DNA from: Macrostomum lignano
Lineage: Eukaryota
NCBI GenBank assembly: GCA_002269645.1
Contig: NIVC01002968.1
Span: forward strand, 1-35,822
DNA length: 35,822 bases
Direction of reading: 5' to 3'
Positions 1-10,549 of this stretch are shown piece after piece (position 1 is the first letter of the stretch; the number at the start of each line of letters is the position of its first letter). The position numbers and the translations under genes are program-made. Under the pieces are notes generated by a model. The model saw nothing but the letters and a program-made list of their open reading frames with translations, searched no databases and was not told where the DNA came from.

Positions 1-1428
1 TTAGCTCTACAATGTCCAGTTTAGCTCCACAATGTCCAGTTTAGCTCTACAATGTCCAGTTTAGCTCCACAATGTCCAGTTTAGCTCCACAATGTCCAGT
101 TTAGCTCCACAATGTCCAGTTTAGCTCTGCAATGTCCAGTTTAGCTCCACAATGTCCAGTTTAGCTCCACAATGTCCAGTTTAGCTCCACAATGTCCAGT
201 TTAGCTCCACAATGTCCAGTTTAGCTCCAAAATGTCCAATTTAGCTCCACAATGTCCAATTTAGCTCCACAATGTCCGCAAGTTTAGCTCCACAATGTCC
301 AGTTTAGCTTCACAATGTCTAATTTAGCTCGAAAATGTCAAATTTAGCTTCACAATGCCCAGTTTAGCTCCACAATGTCCAGTTTAGCTCCACAATGTCC
401 AGTTTAGCTCTACAATGTCCAGTTTAGCTCCACAATGTCCAGTTTAGCTCCACAATGTCCAGTTTAGCTCCACAATGTCCAGTTTAGCTCTACAATGTCC
501 AGTTTAGCTCCAAAATGTCCGCAAGTTTAGCTCCACAATGTCCAGTTTAGCTCTACAATGACCAGTTTAGCTCCCTAAGGTTTAGTTTAGCTCCACAATG
601 TCCAGTTTAGCTCCACAATGTCCAGTTTAGCTCCACAATGTCCAGTTTAGCTCTACAATGTCCAGTTTAGCTCCACAGTGTCCAGTTTAGCTCCACAATG
701 TCCAGTTTAGCTCCACAATGTCCAGTTTAGCTCCACAATGTCCAGTTTAGCTCCACAATGTCCAGTTTAGCTCCACAATGTCCAGTTTAGCTCCACAATG
801 TCCAGTTTAGCTCCACAATGTCCAGTTTAGCTCCACAATGTCCAATTTAGCTCCAAAATGTCCAATTTAGCTCCAAAATGTCTGCAAGTTTAGCTCCACA
901 ATGTCCAGTTTAGCTCCACAATGTCTAATTTAGCTCGAAAATGTCAAATTTAGCTTCACAATGCCCAGTTTAGCTCCACAATGTCCAATTCAGCTGCGCA
1001 ATGTCCAATTCAGCTCCACAATGTCCAATTTAGCTCCGCAATGTCCTATTTAGCTCCACAATGTCCAGTTTAGCTCCGCAATGTCCAATTTAGCCCCACA
1101 ATGTCCAATTTACCTCCACAATGTCCAATTCAGCTGCGCAATGTCCAATTCAGCTCCACAATGTCCAATTTAGCTCCGCAATGTCCTATTTAGCTCCACA
1201 ATGTCAAATTTAGCTCTACAATTTCCAAATTAGCTCCACAATGTCCAGTTTAGCTCCACAATGTCCAGTTTAGCTCCACAATGTCCAGTTAAGCTCCACA
1301 ATGTCCAGTTTAGCTCCACAATGTCCAATTTAGCTCCAAAATGTCCAATTCAGCTCCACAATGTCCAATTTAGCTCCAAAATGTCCAATTCAGCTCCACA
1401 ATGTCCAATTTAGCTCCACAGTGTCCAC
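1..1428. repeat. 20-bp minisatellite (TTAGCTCCACAATGTCCAGT)n, about 70 copies, runs off the left edge
   Basis: Direct 20-nt periodicity; occasional 23-nt units with a GCAA insertion; copies more degenerate towards 1430. Confidence 0.97.
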
Positions 1429-1961
1429 AATTTAGTGCCTTCATTGCTCTCTTCTCAAATTCGTGAGCCAGCAAAGCGGGCTGAGCTGTCTCTTCGGGGT
1501 CATTGGCCCGAGACCGGCAGTTAGTCTATATTTCCGCTAAATAAAATTCCATAGCAAATTGACTCCCCATTTCCGGCCCAGCTGCGCCCCCCCCCCTCTC
1601 ATGGCAATCATTCTTAAACAAATGTTTGAAAATCAAGGCTTGACTTTGAAGTCTCTTTCAGCTTTAAGCTAATCAACCGCGAGTTGGAGCGTTGAGAAGC
1701 CAGGAAGTGAAAACTGCTCAGCTGAGCAGAGGGGATTTGGGGGCATTTGTCAGCAGCTACTGGAGCGGAATTCAGCGGGTGTCAGGCGGGTGCGCCAGTC
1801 GAAAGTGAATGCGACAGAAGCGTTGGGGGGGGGGCTTCGGGGCAGATGGCCACCCACGCTTTTGGCGCCAGCTCTGCACACTGAGCCGGCATAAACCACT
1901 GCGGAAGCGAGTGGAAAGTCTCACCTCAGGCTTCTGTGTGCGCTCTGTGACACATTGTGTT

Positions 1962-2636
1962 TGTCTCTGTCTCGCCATCTCACTCTCGCTATCTCGCTAT
2001 CTCGCCATCTCACTCTCTCACTCTCTCTCTCTCTCCTCTCTCTCTATATCACTCTCTCTGTCTCACTCTCCCTCTCAGTCTCACTCTCGCTCTCTGTCTC
2101 ACTCCCCCTGTCTCACTCTCCCTCTCTGTCTCACTCTCCCTCTCAGTCTCACTCTCCTCTCTGTCTCACTCTCTCTCTCTGTCTCACTCTCCCTCTCTGT
2201 CTCACTCTCCCTCTCTGTCTCACTCTCCCTCTCAGTCTCACTCTCCTCTCTGTCTCACTCTCTCTCTCTGTCTCACTCTCCCTCTCTGTCTCACTCTCCT
2301 CTCTGTCTCACTCTCTCTCTCTGTCTCACTCTCCCTCTCTGTCTCACTCTCCCTCTCTGTCTTACTCTCCCTCTCTGTCTCACTCTCCCTCTCTGTCTCA
2401 CTCTCCCTCTCTGTCTCACTCTCCCTCTCTGTCTCACTCTCCCTCTCTGTCTCACTCTCCCACTCTGTCTCACTCTCCCTCTCTGTCTCACTCTCCCTCT
2501 CTGTCTCACTCGCCTCTCAGTCTCACTCTCCCTCCCTGTCTCACTCTCCCTCTCAGTCTCACTCTCCCTCTCAGTCTCACTCTCCCTCTCAGTCTCACTC
2601 TCCCTCTCAGTCTCACTCTCCCTCTCTGTCTCACTT
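1962..2636. repeat. 18-bp CT-rich minisatellite (CTGTCTCACTCTCCCTCT)n, near-pure polypyrimidine strand
   Basis: 18-nt periodicity; explains the spurious [18 protein letters not shown] ORFs in all frames. Confidence 0.95.
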
Positions 2637-3219
2637 CCCCCTGCCTTCCTTTTGCCAGCATCGAGGTTAATTGAGCCTATAGAGTTCCCTGCTTTCACAC
2701 TAATGCATTTGACGCAGAATAGAATTTTTGTCAAGGTTTTCCGCATAATTTGCTAATTAATTCAACCCACACTATGTAGAGCCCTCTTCTAGACCTGCAG
2801 TCAAGCCGGAGCACAATGAGGAGACAGAACAGAGACAGCCAGATGTTAAGCCGGTCTCAATTCCACCCTCTGCTTTTGCCCGGCACCGAAAGTGTCGGCG
2901 AACTGTGCCAGGCAAGCCAGCAATGAGAGCCATGCAGTTAACCCCCGCTGGATCGCATTAGCATTCGCTGAGCCTTACTCCCCCCGCCTGGGGCGCGCTG
3001 AGAAAAATTTAAGTGAAAAGTTTTTAGTGCAAAACAGAGTGATCTTGCAGCGAGAAATGTATAGCAGATTATGCCATGGTTCTATTAATACTTTTAATTT
3101 GAGTCTTTTATCATTTGCAAACACTAACCTAACAGACTACTAAATATTAGCAGCATAAGAGTGCTTCTGGCTTGTTTAAAAACGTATCAGGCATTTGGGT
3201 GTGATTTGATGCGGCCCAA

Positions 3220-5269
3220 TGAAGGATTAGGAAGGGGGGCAGCCTACTGAAGGATGGGGGCAGCCTACTGAAGGATGGGGGCAGCCTACTGAAGGATGGG
3301 GGGCAGCCTACTGAAGGATGGGGGCAGCCTACTGAAGGATGGGGGGCAGCCTACTGAAGGATGGGGGGCAGCCTACTGAAGGATGGGGGCAGCCTACTGA
3401 AGGATGGGGGCAGCCTACTGAAGGATGGGGGGCAGCCTACTGAAGGATGGGGGGCAGCCTACTGAAGGATGGGGGGCAGCCTACTGAAGGATGGGGGCAG
3501 CCTACTGAAGGATGGGGGGCAGCCTGCTGAAGGATGGGGGCAGCCTACTGAAGGATGGGGGGCAGCCTACTGAAGGATGGGGGGCAGCCTGCTGAAGGAT
3601 GGGGGGCAGCCTACTGAAGGATGGGGGCAGCCTACTGAAGGATGGGGGCAGCCTACTGAAGGATGGGGGCAGCCTACTGAAGGATGGGGGGCAGCCTACT
3701 GAAGGATTGGGGAGGGGGCAGCCTTCTGAAGGATTGGGGGGGCAGCCTACTGAAGGATTGGGGAGGGGGCTACTAAAGAATTAGAGGGGCAGCCTACTGA
3801 AGGATTAGGGGGCAGCCTACTGAAGGATTGGGGGGCAGCCTTCTGAAGGATTGGGGAGGGGGCTACTAAAGAATTAGAGGGGCAGCCTACTGAAGGATTA
3901 GGGGGCAGCCTACTGAAGGATGGGGGGCAGCCTACTGAAGGATGGGGGCAGCCTACTGAAGGATGGGGGCAGCCCACTGAAGGATGGGGGCAGCCTACTG
4001 AAGGATGGGGGGCAGCCTACTGAAGGATGGGGGCAGCCTACTGAAGGATGGGGGCAGCCTACTGAAGGATGGGGGGCAGCCTACTGAGTTGGATGTGGGG
4101 GCAGCCTACTGAAGGATGGGGGGCAGCCTACTGAAGGATGGGGGGCAGCCTACTGAAGGATTGGGGGGCAGCCTACTGAAGGATTGGGGAGGGGGCTACT
4201 AAAGAATTAGAGGGGCAGCCTTCTGAAGGATTAGGGGGGGGCAGCCTACTGAAGGATTGGGGGGGCAGCCTTCTGAAGGATTGGGGGGGCAGCCTACTGA
4301 AGCATGGGGGCAGCCTACTGAAGGATGGGGGCAGCCTTCTGAAGGATTGGGGGGGCAGCCTACTGAAGGATGGGGGCAGCCTACTGAAGGATGGGGGCAG
4401 CCTACTGAAGGATGGGGGCAGCCTACTGAAGGATGGGGGCAGCCTACTGAAGGATGGGGGCAGCCTACTGAAGGATGGGGGGCAGCCTACTGAGTTGGAT
4501 GTGGGGCAGCCTACTGAAGGATGGGGGGCAGCCTACTGAAGGATGGGGGGCAGCCTACTGAAGGATGGGGGGCAGCCTACTGAAGGATGGGGGGCAGCCT
4601 ACTGAAGGATGGGGGGCAGCCTACTGAAGGATTGGGGAGGGGGCTACTAAAGAATTAGAGGGGCAGCCTACTGAAGGATTAGGGGCAGCCTACTGAAGGA
4701 TGGGGGGCAGCCTACTGAAGGATGGGGGGCAGCCTACTGAAGGATTGGGGAGGGGGCTACTAAAGAATTAGAGGGGCAGCCTACTGAAGGATTAGGGGGC
4801 AGCCTACTGAAGGATGGGGGCAGCCTACTGAAGGATGGGGGGCAGCCTACTGAAGGATGGGGGGCAGCCTGCTGAAGGATGGGGGGCAGCCTACTGAAGG
4901 ATGGGGGGCAGCCTACTGAAGGATGGGGGGCAGCCTACTGAAGGATGGGGGGCAGCCTACTGAAGGATTAGGGGGGCGGCCTACGGAAGGATTGGGGAGG
5001 GGGCTACTGAAGGATTGGGGACGGCCTACTGAAGGATTAGGGGGCGGCCTACTGAAGGATTAGGGGGCAGCCTACTGAAGGATTAGGGGGCGGCCTACTG
5101 AAGGATTAGGTGGGCGGCCTACTGAAGGATTAGGTGGGCGGCCTACTGAAGGATTAGGGGGCGGCCTACTGAAGGATTGGGGGGCAGCCTACTGAAGGAT
5201 TGGGGGGGGTAGCCTACTGAAGGATTAGGTGGGCGGCCTACTGAAGGATTAGGGGGCGGCCTACTCAAG
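3220..5269. repeat. 21-22-bp G-tract minisatellite (GGGGGCAGCCTACTGAAGGAT)n in the presumed intron upstream of the homeobox exon
   Basis: Unit repeated over about 2 kb with variable G-run length; interspersed variant GGGGAGGGGGCTACTAAAGAATTAGA; ends about 36 nt before the AG at 5304-5305. Confidence 0.96.
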
Positions 5270-5305
5270 CGTGTGACAGCTCGCAGTCCTTGCCGCCCCG
5301 TCCAG

Positions 5306-5673
5306 GACCGAACTCGGTGCACCGCAGGCGCGGCAGGCAGACGTACACCCGGCAGCAGACGCTGGAGCTGGAGAAGGAGTTCAAATTTAGCAACTACCTG
5401 AACAGGCGGCGGCGCATCGAGATCTCGAACCAGCTCGACCTGTCTGAGCGGCAGGTGAAAATCTGGTTCCAAAATCGCCGGATGAAGCTGAAAAAGGAGA
5501 AGCAGCAGATCCGCTTCATCAACCTGTCCACCACCTGCGGGCCGGGCGTCAAACCGGAAGATGAGGCCGAAGAAGAGGATGATGATGATGAAGAGGATGC
5601 TGGACAGCTTGCCGCGGTGGTAAATTGCGTGGAGCGCCGCAGGCGAGGCGGCCGGCAGAACAGGAACAGCTGA
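5306..5673 (+). CDS. Lox4/Lox2-like Hox: Terminal (homeobox) exon of a central-class Hox gene, Lox4/Lox2 (Ubx/abd-A, PG6-8) type; upstream exon not in window
   Basis: Homeodomain 5323-5502 [60 protein letters not shown]; N-flank (G)PNSVH and C-flank QQIRFIN resemble the Lox2/Lox4 N-terminal flank and the UbdA peptide (QAIKELN); acceptor ccgtccag|GA at 5305/5306 (phase 1); TGA 5671-5673. Homeodomain certain, orthology less so. Confidence 0.92.
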
Positions 5674-5808
5674 TGATCGAAATGGCCAGAATATCGCTTG
5701 ACCTCTTCTGTTTGACCTCCACTGTCACTTGCTCTCTACAAACTTAACTGCCACTGTACCTGATCCTTTCTTGTGCTTTTAGATCCCTAGTTATTTTCAT
5801 TCGCCTTC

Positions 5809-6062
5809 TATTCTCAGCCTATAGATCCGAATACCAATCTATTCCCAGCCTATAGATACCAATCTATTCCCAGCCTATAGATCCCAATCTATCCCCAGCC
5901 TATAGATCCCAATCTATTCTCAGCCTATAGATCCCAATCTATTCTCAGCCTATAGATCCCAATCTATTCCCAGCCTATAGATCCCAATCTATTCTCAGCC
6001 TATAGATCCCAATCTATTCCCAGCCTATAGATCCCAATCCAAATCTATTCTCAGCCTTTAGA
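5809..6062. repeat. 25-bp minisatellite (TATAGATCCCAATCTATTCCCAGCC)n in the Hox 3' UTR region
   Basis: About 9-10 tandem copies, 25-nt period. Confidence 0.92.
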
Positions 6063-6231
6063 TACCCACCCATTTCCCGTAGCCAGCTAAATGCTTACTC
6101 CAAATGCAAAAGAAGAAAATAAATAGGTGTTTGTTCTGCTTAAATTTTGGCCTTATGCCGCCACAGCGCATAGTACGTTATACACTACCTGGTTTGAAAA
6201 AAAACTGTACTGTATTGTAACTTTGAGCAAC

Positions 6232-6283
6232 TGTAAATATTACTGATAGTAGACACTCCGACTGTGTGAAACCTAAAAATAAA
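6232..6283 (+). promoter_or_regulatory. Candidate Hox 3' end: Pumilio-type element TGTAAATA (6232-6239) and AATAAA (6278-6283); alternative AATAAA at 6118-6123
   Basis: Motif matches only, in an AT-rich stretch downstream of the stop codon. Confidence 0.35.
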
Positions 6284-6487
6284 CCTGACTAAGCCATGGC
6301 GCAGCACCTGCGAATCAGCCGCAGCGGTAGCAAGTTTCTGGAAGCCCGCATTTGAAAGCCTATTGATGTAGCAGTTTTATATCTTTCTATTGATTTATGC
6401 ATTTGTCTGGAGAGATGAGATGGAGAGTTTGTGAGTTTTGGAGGGCTGAGGGATAGGGCTGAGTGAGATGACAGGGGACTGAGATAG

Positions 6488-6881
6488 CAGTGACAGGTGA
6501 CAGGTACAGCAGTGACAGGTGACAGGTACAGCAGTGACAGGTGACAGGTACACCAGTGACAGGTGACAGGTACACCAGTGACAGGTGACAGGTACACCAG
6601 TGACAGGTGACAGGTACACCAGTGACAGGTGACAGGTAAAGCAGTGACAGGTGACAGGTACACCAGTGACAGGTGACAGGTACAGCAGTGACAGGTACAC
6701 CAGTGACAGGTGACAGGTATATCAGTGACAGGTGACAGGTACAGCAGTGACAGGTGACAGGTACACCAGTGACAGGTGACAGGCACACCAGTGACAGGTG
6801 ACAGGTACATCAGTGACAGGTGACACGTACACCAGTGACAGGTGACAGGTACACCAGTGACAGGTGACAGGCACAGCAGTG
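6488..6881. repeat. 22-bp minisatellite (CAGTGACAGGTGACAGGTACAC)n between the convergent Hox and GPCPD1-like genes
   Basis: 22-nt period built from an internal GTGACAG 7-mer duplication. Confidence 0.95.
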
Positions 6882-7077
6882 TTACCTGATACGAAAGCAC
6901 TCGAAAATGCCGCAGCCGATTTCAAACAGAAAAGTTTTGCCTTCAGCTAGTGCGCCTCGATGGAAAATTATATTTGAATAAGTTTGCCTAAAGCTTTCCA
7001 GGCGGTGGCGTTTCTACGGCAACCGCGAAGGGACATTCAATGGCCTACAAAATCAAAGTCAACAGTTTCTCGAGAGC

Positions 7078-9462
7078 TCAATGCGCGGTGCCCACCACGG
7101 TGCCGCTGCCGAAGACTCCCTCCAGATGGAAGGTCGCCGCTTGGCCGGCGTCGTAAGCACCCCCGCAGCCGCCGTAGGCGTACAGGGCAACTCCACAGAC
7201 TCTCGCCGCATCCGCCAGCGCCCGCCCATCTGGCCGATCGTCAAAGAGCTGCTCGGCCGGGACTGCCACGGCGCGCAGGCCGAAGTGCCGGCAGATGTCA
7301 AGAGCCGCGGCAGCCTCGGAGACGCTGGCGGCAAAGAAGGCCAACGATAGCCGCGACTGCTTGAGGCTAAGCGCCAGGCACAGCTGCAGGTCGTGGGCGG
7401 CCACGAGGACGCAGCGCTCCGAGGCTGGCAAAAGAGAGGCCAGCAGGGCGTCGGCGCCCCGGTTCACCTGCGCGGAGTCGTCAAGGACGACGCGCACCAC
7501 AAGCCGAGCGTCCGGAGGGAAGGCGAGGCAGAGGTCGCCGTCCTGCGCCTGCCCGCTGCTCTTGGCGCCGTCGGCCCGCAGAAGCCGCAGGACTCCAGAC
7601 TGTGAGACCCCGACAGGCAGCTCGAAGTACCTGGAGGTCGGCGTCACTGCCGCAAACGCCGCAGTCGCCGCTGACCAGGTGTCGGGGCCCATCGGCAGGA
7701 GCCAAGTGGCTGGCATTGGCAGGACAAGAATCGGCGCCGGGTCCTGGAGTGGCGCGGTCGCGCCGCACCGATCTACAAAGCGAGCAAGGTCCAGGGGACT
7801 GTGCTGGAAGCAGTGGGCCACTCCAATGTCCACAGTCAGCTGGCCGATGTGCTGCTGCGATGAGGCGGTCAGCAGCAGGTCGCAGGTCACAGTTTGCTTC
7901 TCAGGAGTGGCCAGGTCGACGGTCAGGGGCAGCAGGGCGACGGCCTCCACGCAGGTGCCGCGGTCGCAGCTGTTTGTGCCGGTGTCGTGGAAGCGCAGCA
8001 GGAAGCGGCAGGTCACGGGGCCTCCTAGCGGCACCTGCTGGGCGAATTCCACCCGGGCACTGGCGGCCGAGGCCAACCGGACCCAGTTGATGCCGCTGCC
8101 ATCGTCGTCCATGTCGTCCGAGCTACATGAGCATTCGACGCCGTCCAGCGATGAAAGCGGCGACGATTTCACCGTTGAAGGCGGAGGCGGAGGCGGAGGC
8201 GGAGGCAGCGGCGAGTACAGCTCGGCGCCCTCCAGCAGGAGAGGTCCTCGCAGGTTGGGCGTCAGCGTCGCCCCGGAGGCGTCTTTGGCCGAGAGCTCCA
8301 CGCCGAGTGGCCGGTGAAGCAGGCTCGTCCGGTCGGGCTGCAGCAGCGGCGGCCGCAGGCGCAATAGTAGCATTGCCTGGCCGACGTCGGTGAGCCAGCC
8401 GGGCCAGACGGACTTCGACCGCGCCGGCGGGCCGGCCGGCAGCTCCAGCAGGTCGCGCGGATCGAGCAGCTGATCGGGCCGGCCGAACAGCAGGAAGCCG
8501 TCCGGATGCCTGTTGTAGTCGGACATCCGGCGGACGAAGCCGCCCTCCCAGGCGAACAGCTCCGACTTGGCCGGGCAGTCAGAGCCGGGCGCGGGCACCA
8601 CGATGGCGAAGCGGAACTCGACTTCCTCCTCGTCGCTGTAGTTGGAGCAGACGCTGGCCTCGAAGAAGGCGTAGCCAGGCGCCATGAGCTGGGCCGTGTG
8701 CGCCATCGGCTCCGAGCAGTTCACGTCCCAGTCTCCCAGCTCGATGACGTTTCCGCAGATGACGGGGATGGCGCGGGCGGGCAGAAGGTGATTCGGCACG
8801 GCCAGGAAGATTGGAGCTTTGAAGCCGACGATGCCCATGACGGTGCTGACGGTGCTGCAGCGCTCCTGCGTGTCGTGCAGCTCAACCAGTCTCATCTCCT
8901 CCTTCTCAGACTTCAGGTACACATAGTCCCAGCAGCCGGAGTTGCGCGAGGTTCCCTGCGATTCCGAGTCATTCGTGTTGCTGTTGTTCCCCTGCCACCG
9001 CGGCCCGGCAGAGCCGGCGGACAGTCGCCGGTCTCCGCTGGCGTCGCTCGGCGCCTTCTTTGAGTCATCGAAGCCGCTGGCATCTCCGCCGACATCGCCG
9101 GAGAAAAGCACTGCCGCTTGGCCGCCTGGCCGCTTCTGCGCCTCCAACTGCCAGCTCGGGTTGGCGGTGAAGATTCTGCCGAAGTGAATTGTGGCGGCCG
9201 ATGCGGACGCCATCGCCAGCTCGCCGCGGTGCCGGCCGTCCGGACGAAGCGGGTGGAGGCGTCGGATGCCGAGATCGGCTACCGGTCGCACCGACAGACG
9301 CAGGCAGTGGCTGGCGGCGTAGCAGAACCGCCTGCCGGCGGCGGCGGCTTTGCTGACCTGCGGTTTCTTGATCTCGGCGAAGGCCGGCGTCATCGGCCCG
9401 AACCTGATGGCGACGGCGACAGTCTGGGCGCCAAATCGGCAGGTTGCAGCATGCGCGCGCAT
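7078..9462 (-). CDS. GPCPD1-like: GPCPD1/GDE5-like protein (CBM20 + degenerate GDPD domain), intronless here, probably catalytically dead
   Basis: CBM20-like segment at about 8520-8815 (ICGNVIELGDWD, VEFRF, WEGG); GWLT..LRLR linker; HIGQLTVD preceding the GDPD region; C-terminal GLRAVAV..GVALYAYG..LEGVF matches the end of the GDE5 TIM barrel; high GC3 throughout. Confidence 0.75.
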   Translation of the reverse strand: MRAHAATCRFGAQTVAVAIRFGPMTPAFAEIKKPQVSKAAAAGRRFCYAASHCLRLSVRPVADLGIRRLHPLRPDGRHRGELAMASASAATIHFGRIFTANPSWQLEAQKRPGGQAAVLFSGDVGGDASGFDDSKKAPSDASGDRRLSAGSAGPRWQGNNSNTNDSESQGTSRNSGCWDYVYLKSEKEEMRLVELHDTQERCSTVSTVMGIVGFKAPIFLAVPNHLLPARAIPVICGNVIELGDWDVNCSEPMAHTAQLMAPGYAFFEASVCSNYSDEEEVEFRFAIVVPAPGSDCPAKSELFAWEGGFVRRMSDYNRHPDGFLLFGRPDQLLDPRDLLELPAGPPARSKSVWPGWLTDVGQAMLLLRLRPPLLQPDRTSLLHRPLGVELSAKDASGATLTPNLRGPLLLEGAELYSPLPPPPPPPPPSTVKSSPLSSLDGVECSCSSDDMDDDGSGINWVRLASAASARVEFAQQVPLGGPVTCRFLLRFHDTGTNSCDRGTCVEAVALLPLTVDLATPEKQTVTCDLLLTASSQQHIGQLTVDIGVAHCFQHSPLDLARFVDRCGATAPLQDPAPILVLPMPATWLLPMGPDTWSAATAAFAAVTPTSRYFELPVGVSQSGVLRLLRADGAKSSGQAQDGDLCLAFPPDARLVVRVVLDDSAQVNRGADALLASLLPASERCVLVAAHDLQLCLALSLKQSRLSLAFFAASVSEAAAALDICRHFGLRAVAVPAEQLFDDRPDGRALADAARVCGVALYAYGGCGGAYDAGQAATFHLEGVFGSGTVVGTAH

Positions 9463-10271
9463 CCGGGCCGGCCGGGCCGGCCGGGTAGCAGCCGGTGGGA
9501 GGCGCCTTTCGACCCCGGCAGGCCGGCAATCTGGCGGAGGCCGCAGCTGTTGAGCTCCACGACTTCGCCAGGCAGTCGCACCGCGGCGGCTTCATCGACT
9601 GATGGCAGTCGGGGAGCGGACAGCTGCAGCGCCTGGCAGAACTGCTGCGACAGCTGCGGCGGGCGCTCGCCACAGACGGCGCCGGGCACCACAAGCCGGT
9701 GCTGCGTGGCAAACCGACCGGCCAGGTCCGAGCCCAGGATGGAGCGGGAGATGACGGGACGCTGGCCCAGGTGGCAGCACGCCTGGTCAAGATCCGGCGG
9801 CTGGGCATCTTCAGCAGCAAAACGGGGCCAGCCAGCCCGCGTTGCTATCGCAGGGTAAACCGCCGTTTCTATCTTTCTTTGCGTCTCCTTGGACGCCGGC
9901 GACTTGCGCGGATTTTCCGTGCCGCTGGTGGGCACTTGGCTGCGCCTGCGGGTGCGACAGCCGGTCTTCACCTGCACGAGGGTTGCCTCCAGGAACTGGC
10001 GCACCAGACTGCCGCCCTCGCTGCGCCCCGGCTGCTTGTCCGCCTGCGGCAGCGGGAACTGCGAGTGAACGATGAGTTGCCGGCGCTGAATCTGGCTGCT
10101 TCTGGGCCGGCGCCAGCGCCTGGGCCTGGCCACCAGGAACTCCACGCGGATCTCCAGGCCCCGACTGGCCCCGTCGGCGGGGGGCAGCAGGCGGGACTCG
10201 AGGTGGCTCAGGCAGCGGCGTTGGCGGGCCCGGTGTGTTGGCAGCGGCTGCAGGGCGGTGCCTTGCCTCAT
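9390..10271 (-). CDS. Unknown Arg-rich ORF, probably the 5' part of the GPCPD1-like gene, separated by a frameshift near 9450-9490
   Basis: High GC3 in this frame down to about 9460, after which the bias moves to the 794-aa frame; ATG at 10271 preceded by a strong acceptor ctctctattcag|cATG; no family recognised. Confidence 0.5.
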   Translation of the reverse strand: MRQGTALQPLPTHRARQRRCLSHLESRLLPPADGASRGLEIRVEFLVARPRRWRRPRSSQIQRRQLIVHSQFPLPQADKQPGRSEGGSLVRQFLEATLVQVKTGCRTRRRSQVPTSGTENPRKSPASKETQRKIETAVYPAIATRAGWPRFAAEDAQPPDLDQACCHLGQRPVISRSILGSDLAGRFATQHRLVVPGAVCGERPPQLSQQFCQALQLSAPRLPSVDEAAAVRLPGEVVELNSCGLRQIAGLPGSKGASHRLLPGRPGRPGCARMLQPADLAPRLSPSPSGSGR

Positions 10272-10549
10272 GCTGAATAGAGAGTGGCGGATGTCCAATT
10301 ATGGCGCCTCCTGAGGCTTGCACTGATTGATTGAAACAGAAAACTTGGCTAAAATTTGATGAAGCTGGTGCCGCTGCAGAGACGCCTGGAATTGCAACAA
10401 TTGTTTTGTCTATGGCAGGAAGTTCGTTGAGTCACCGCCACATCGGTTTGAGGAAGTGCGTGCCGTCTTTATAGAAGTGTGAAAATGAAAGTTTTGATGC
10501 TTTGTAGGATCTCTAATTAAGTTTTTAACCTGGATTTCACCAGTTTCTT

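Noticed and set aside
1772-2756. Long ORFs over the CT repeat, and similar ORFs over the 21-, 22-, GACA-, 28-bp and GGGAAGCTGG arrays
   Set aside because: Open in several frames only because the units lack stop codons; no starts, splice support or domains.
1430-3220. Upstream Hox exon with a YPWM-type hexapeptide
   Set aside because: No TGG-ATG in a suitable coding context and no GC3-biased exon found; it probably lies left of the window.
6184-6190. miR-196 seed match ACTACCT in the Hox 3' UTR
   Set aside because: miR-196 is a vertebrate family, and a single 7-mer is expected by chance.
7081-10280. Plus-strand ORFs overlapping the GPCPD1-like gene (340, 185, 246, 193 aa)
   Set aside because: Typical antisense shadows of GC-rich coding sequence; no recognisable motifs.
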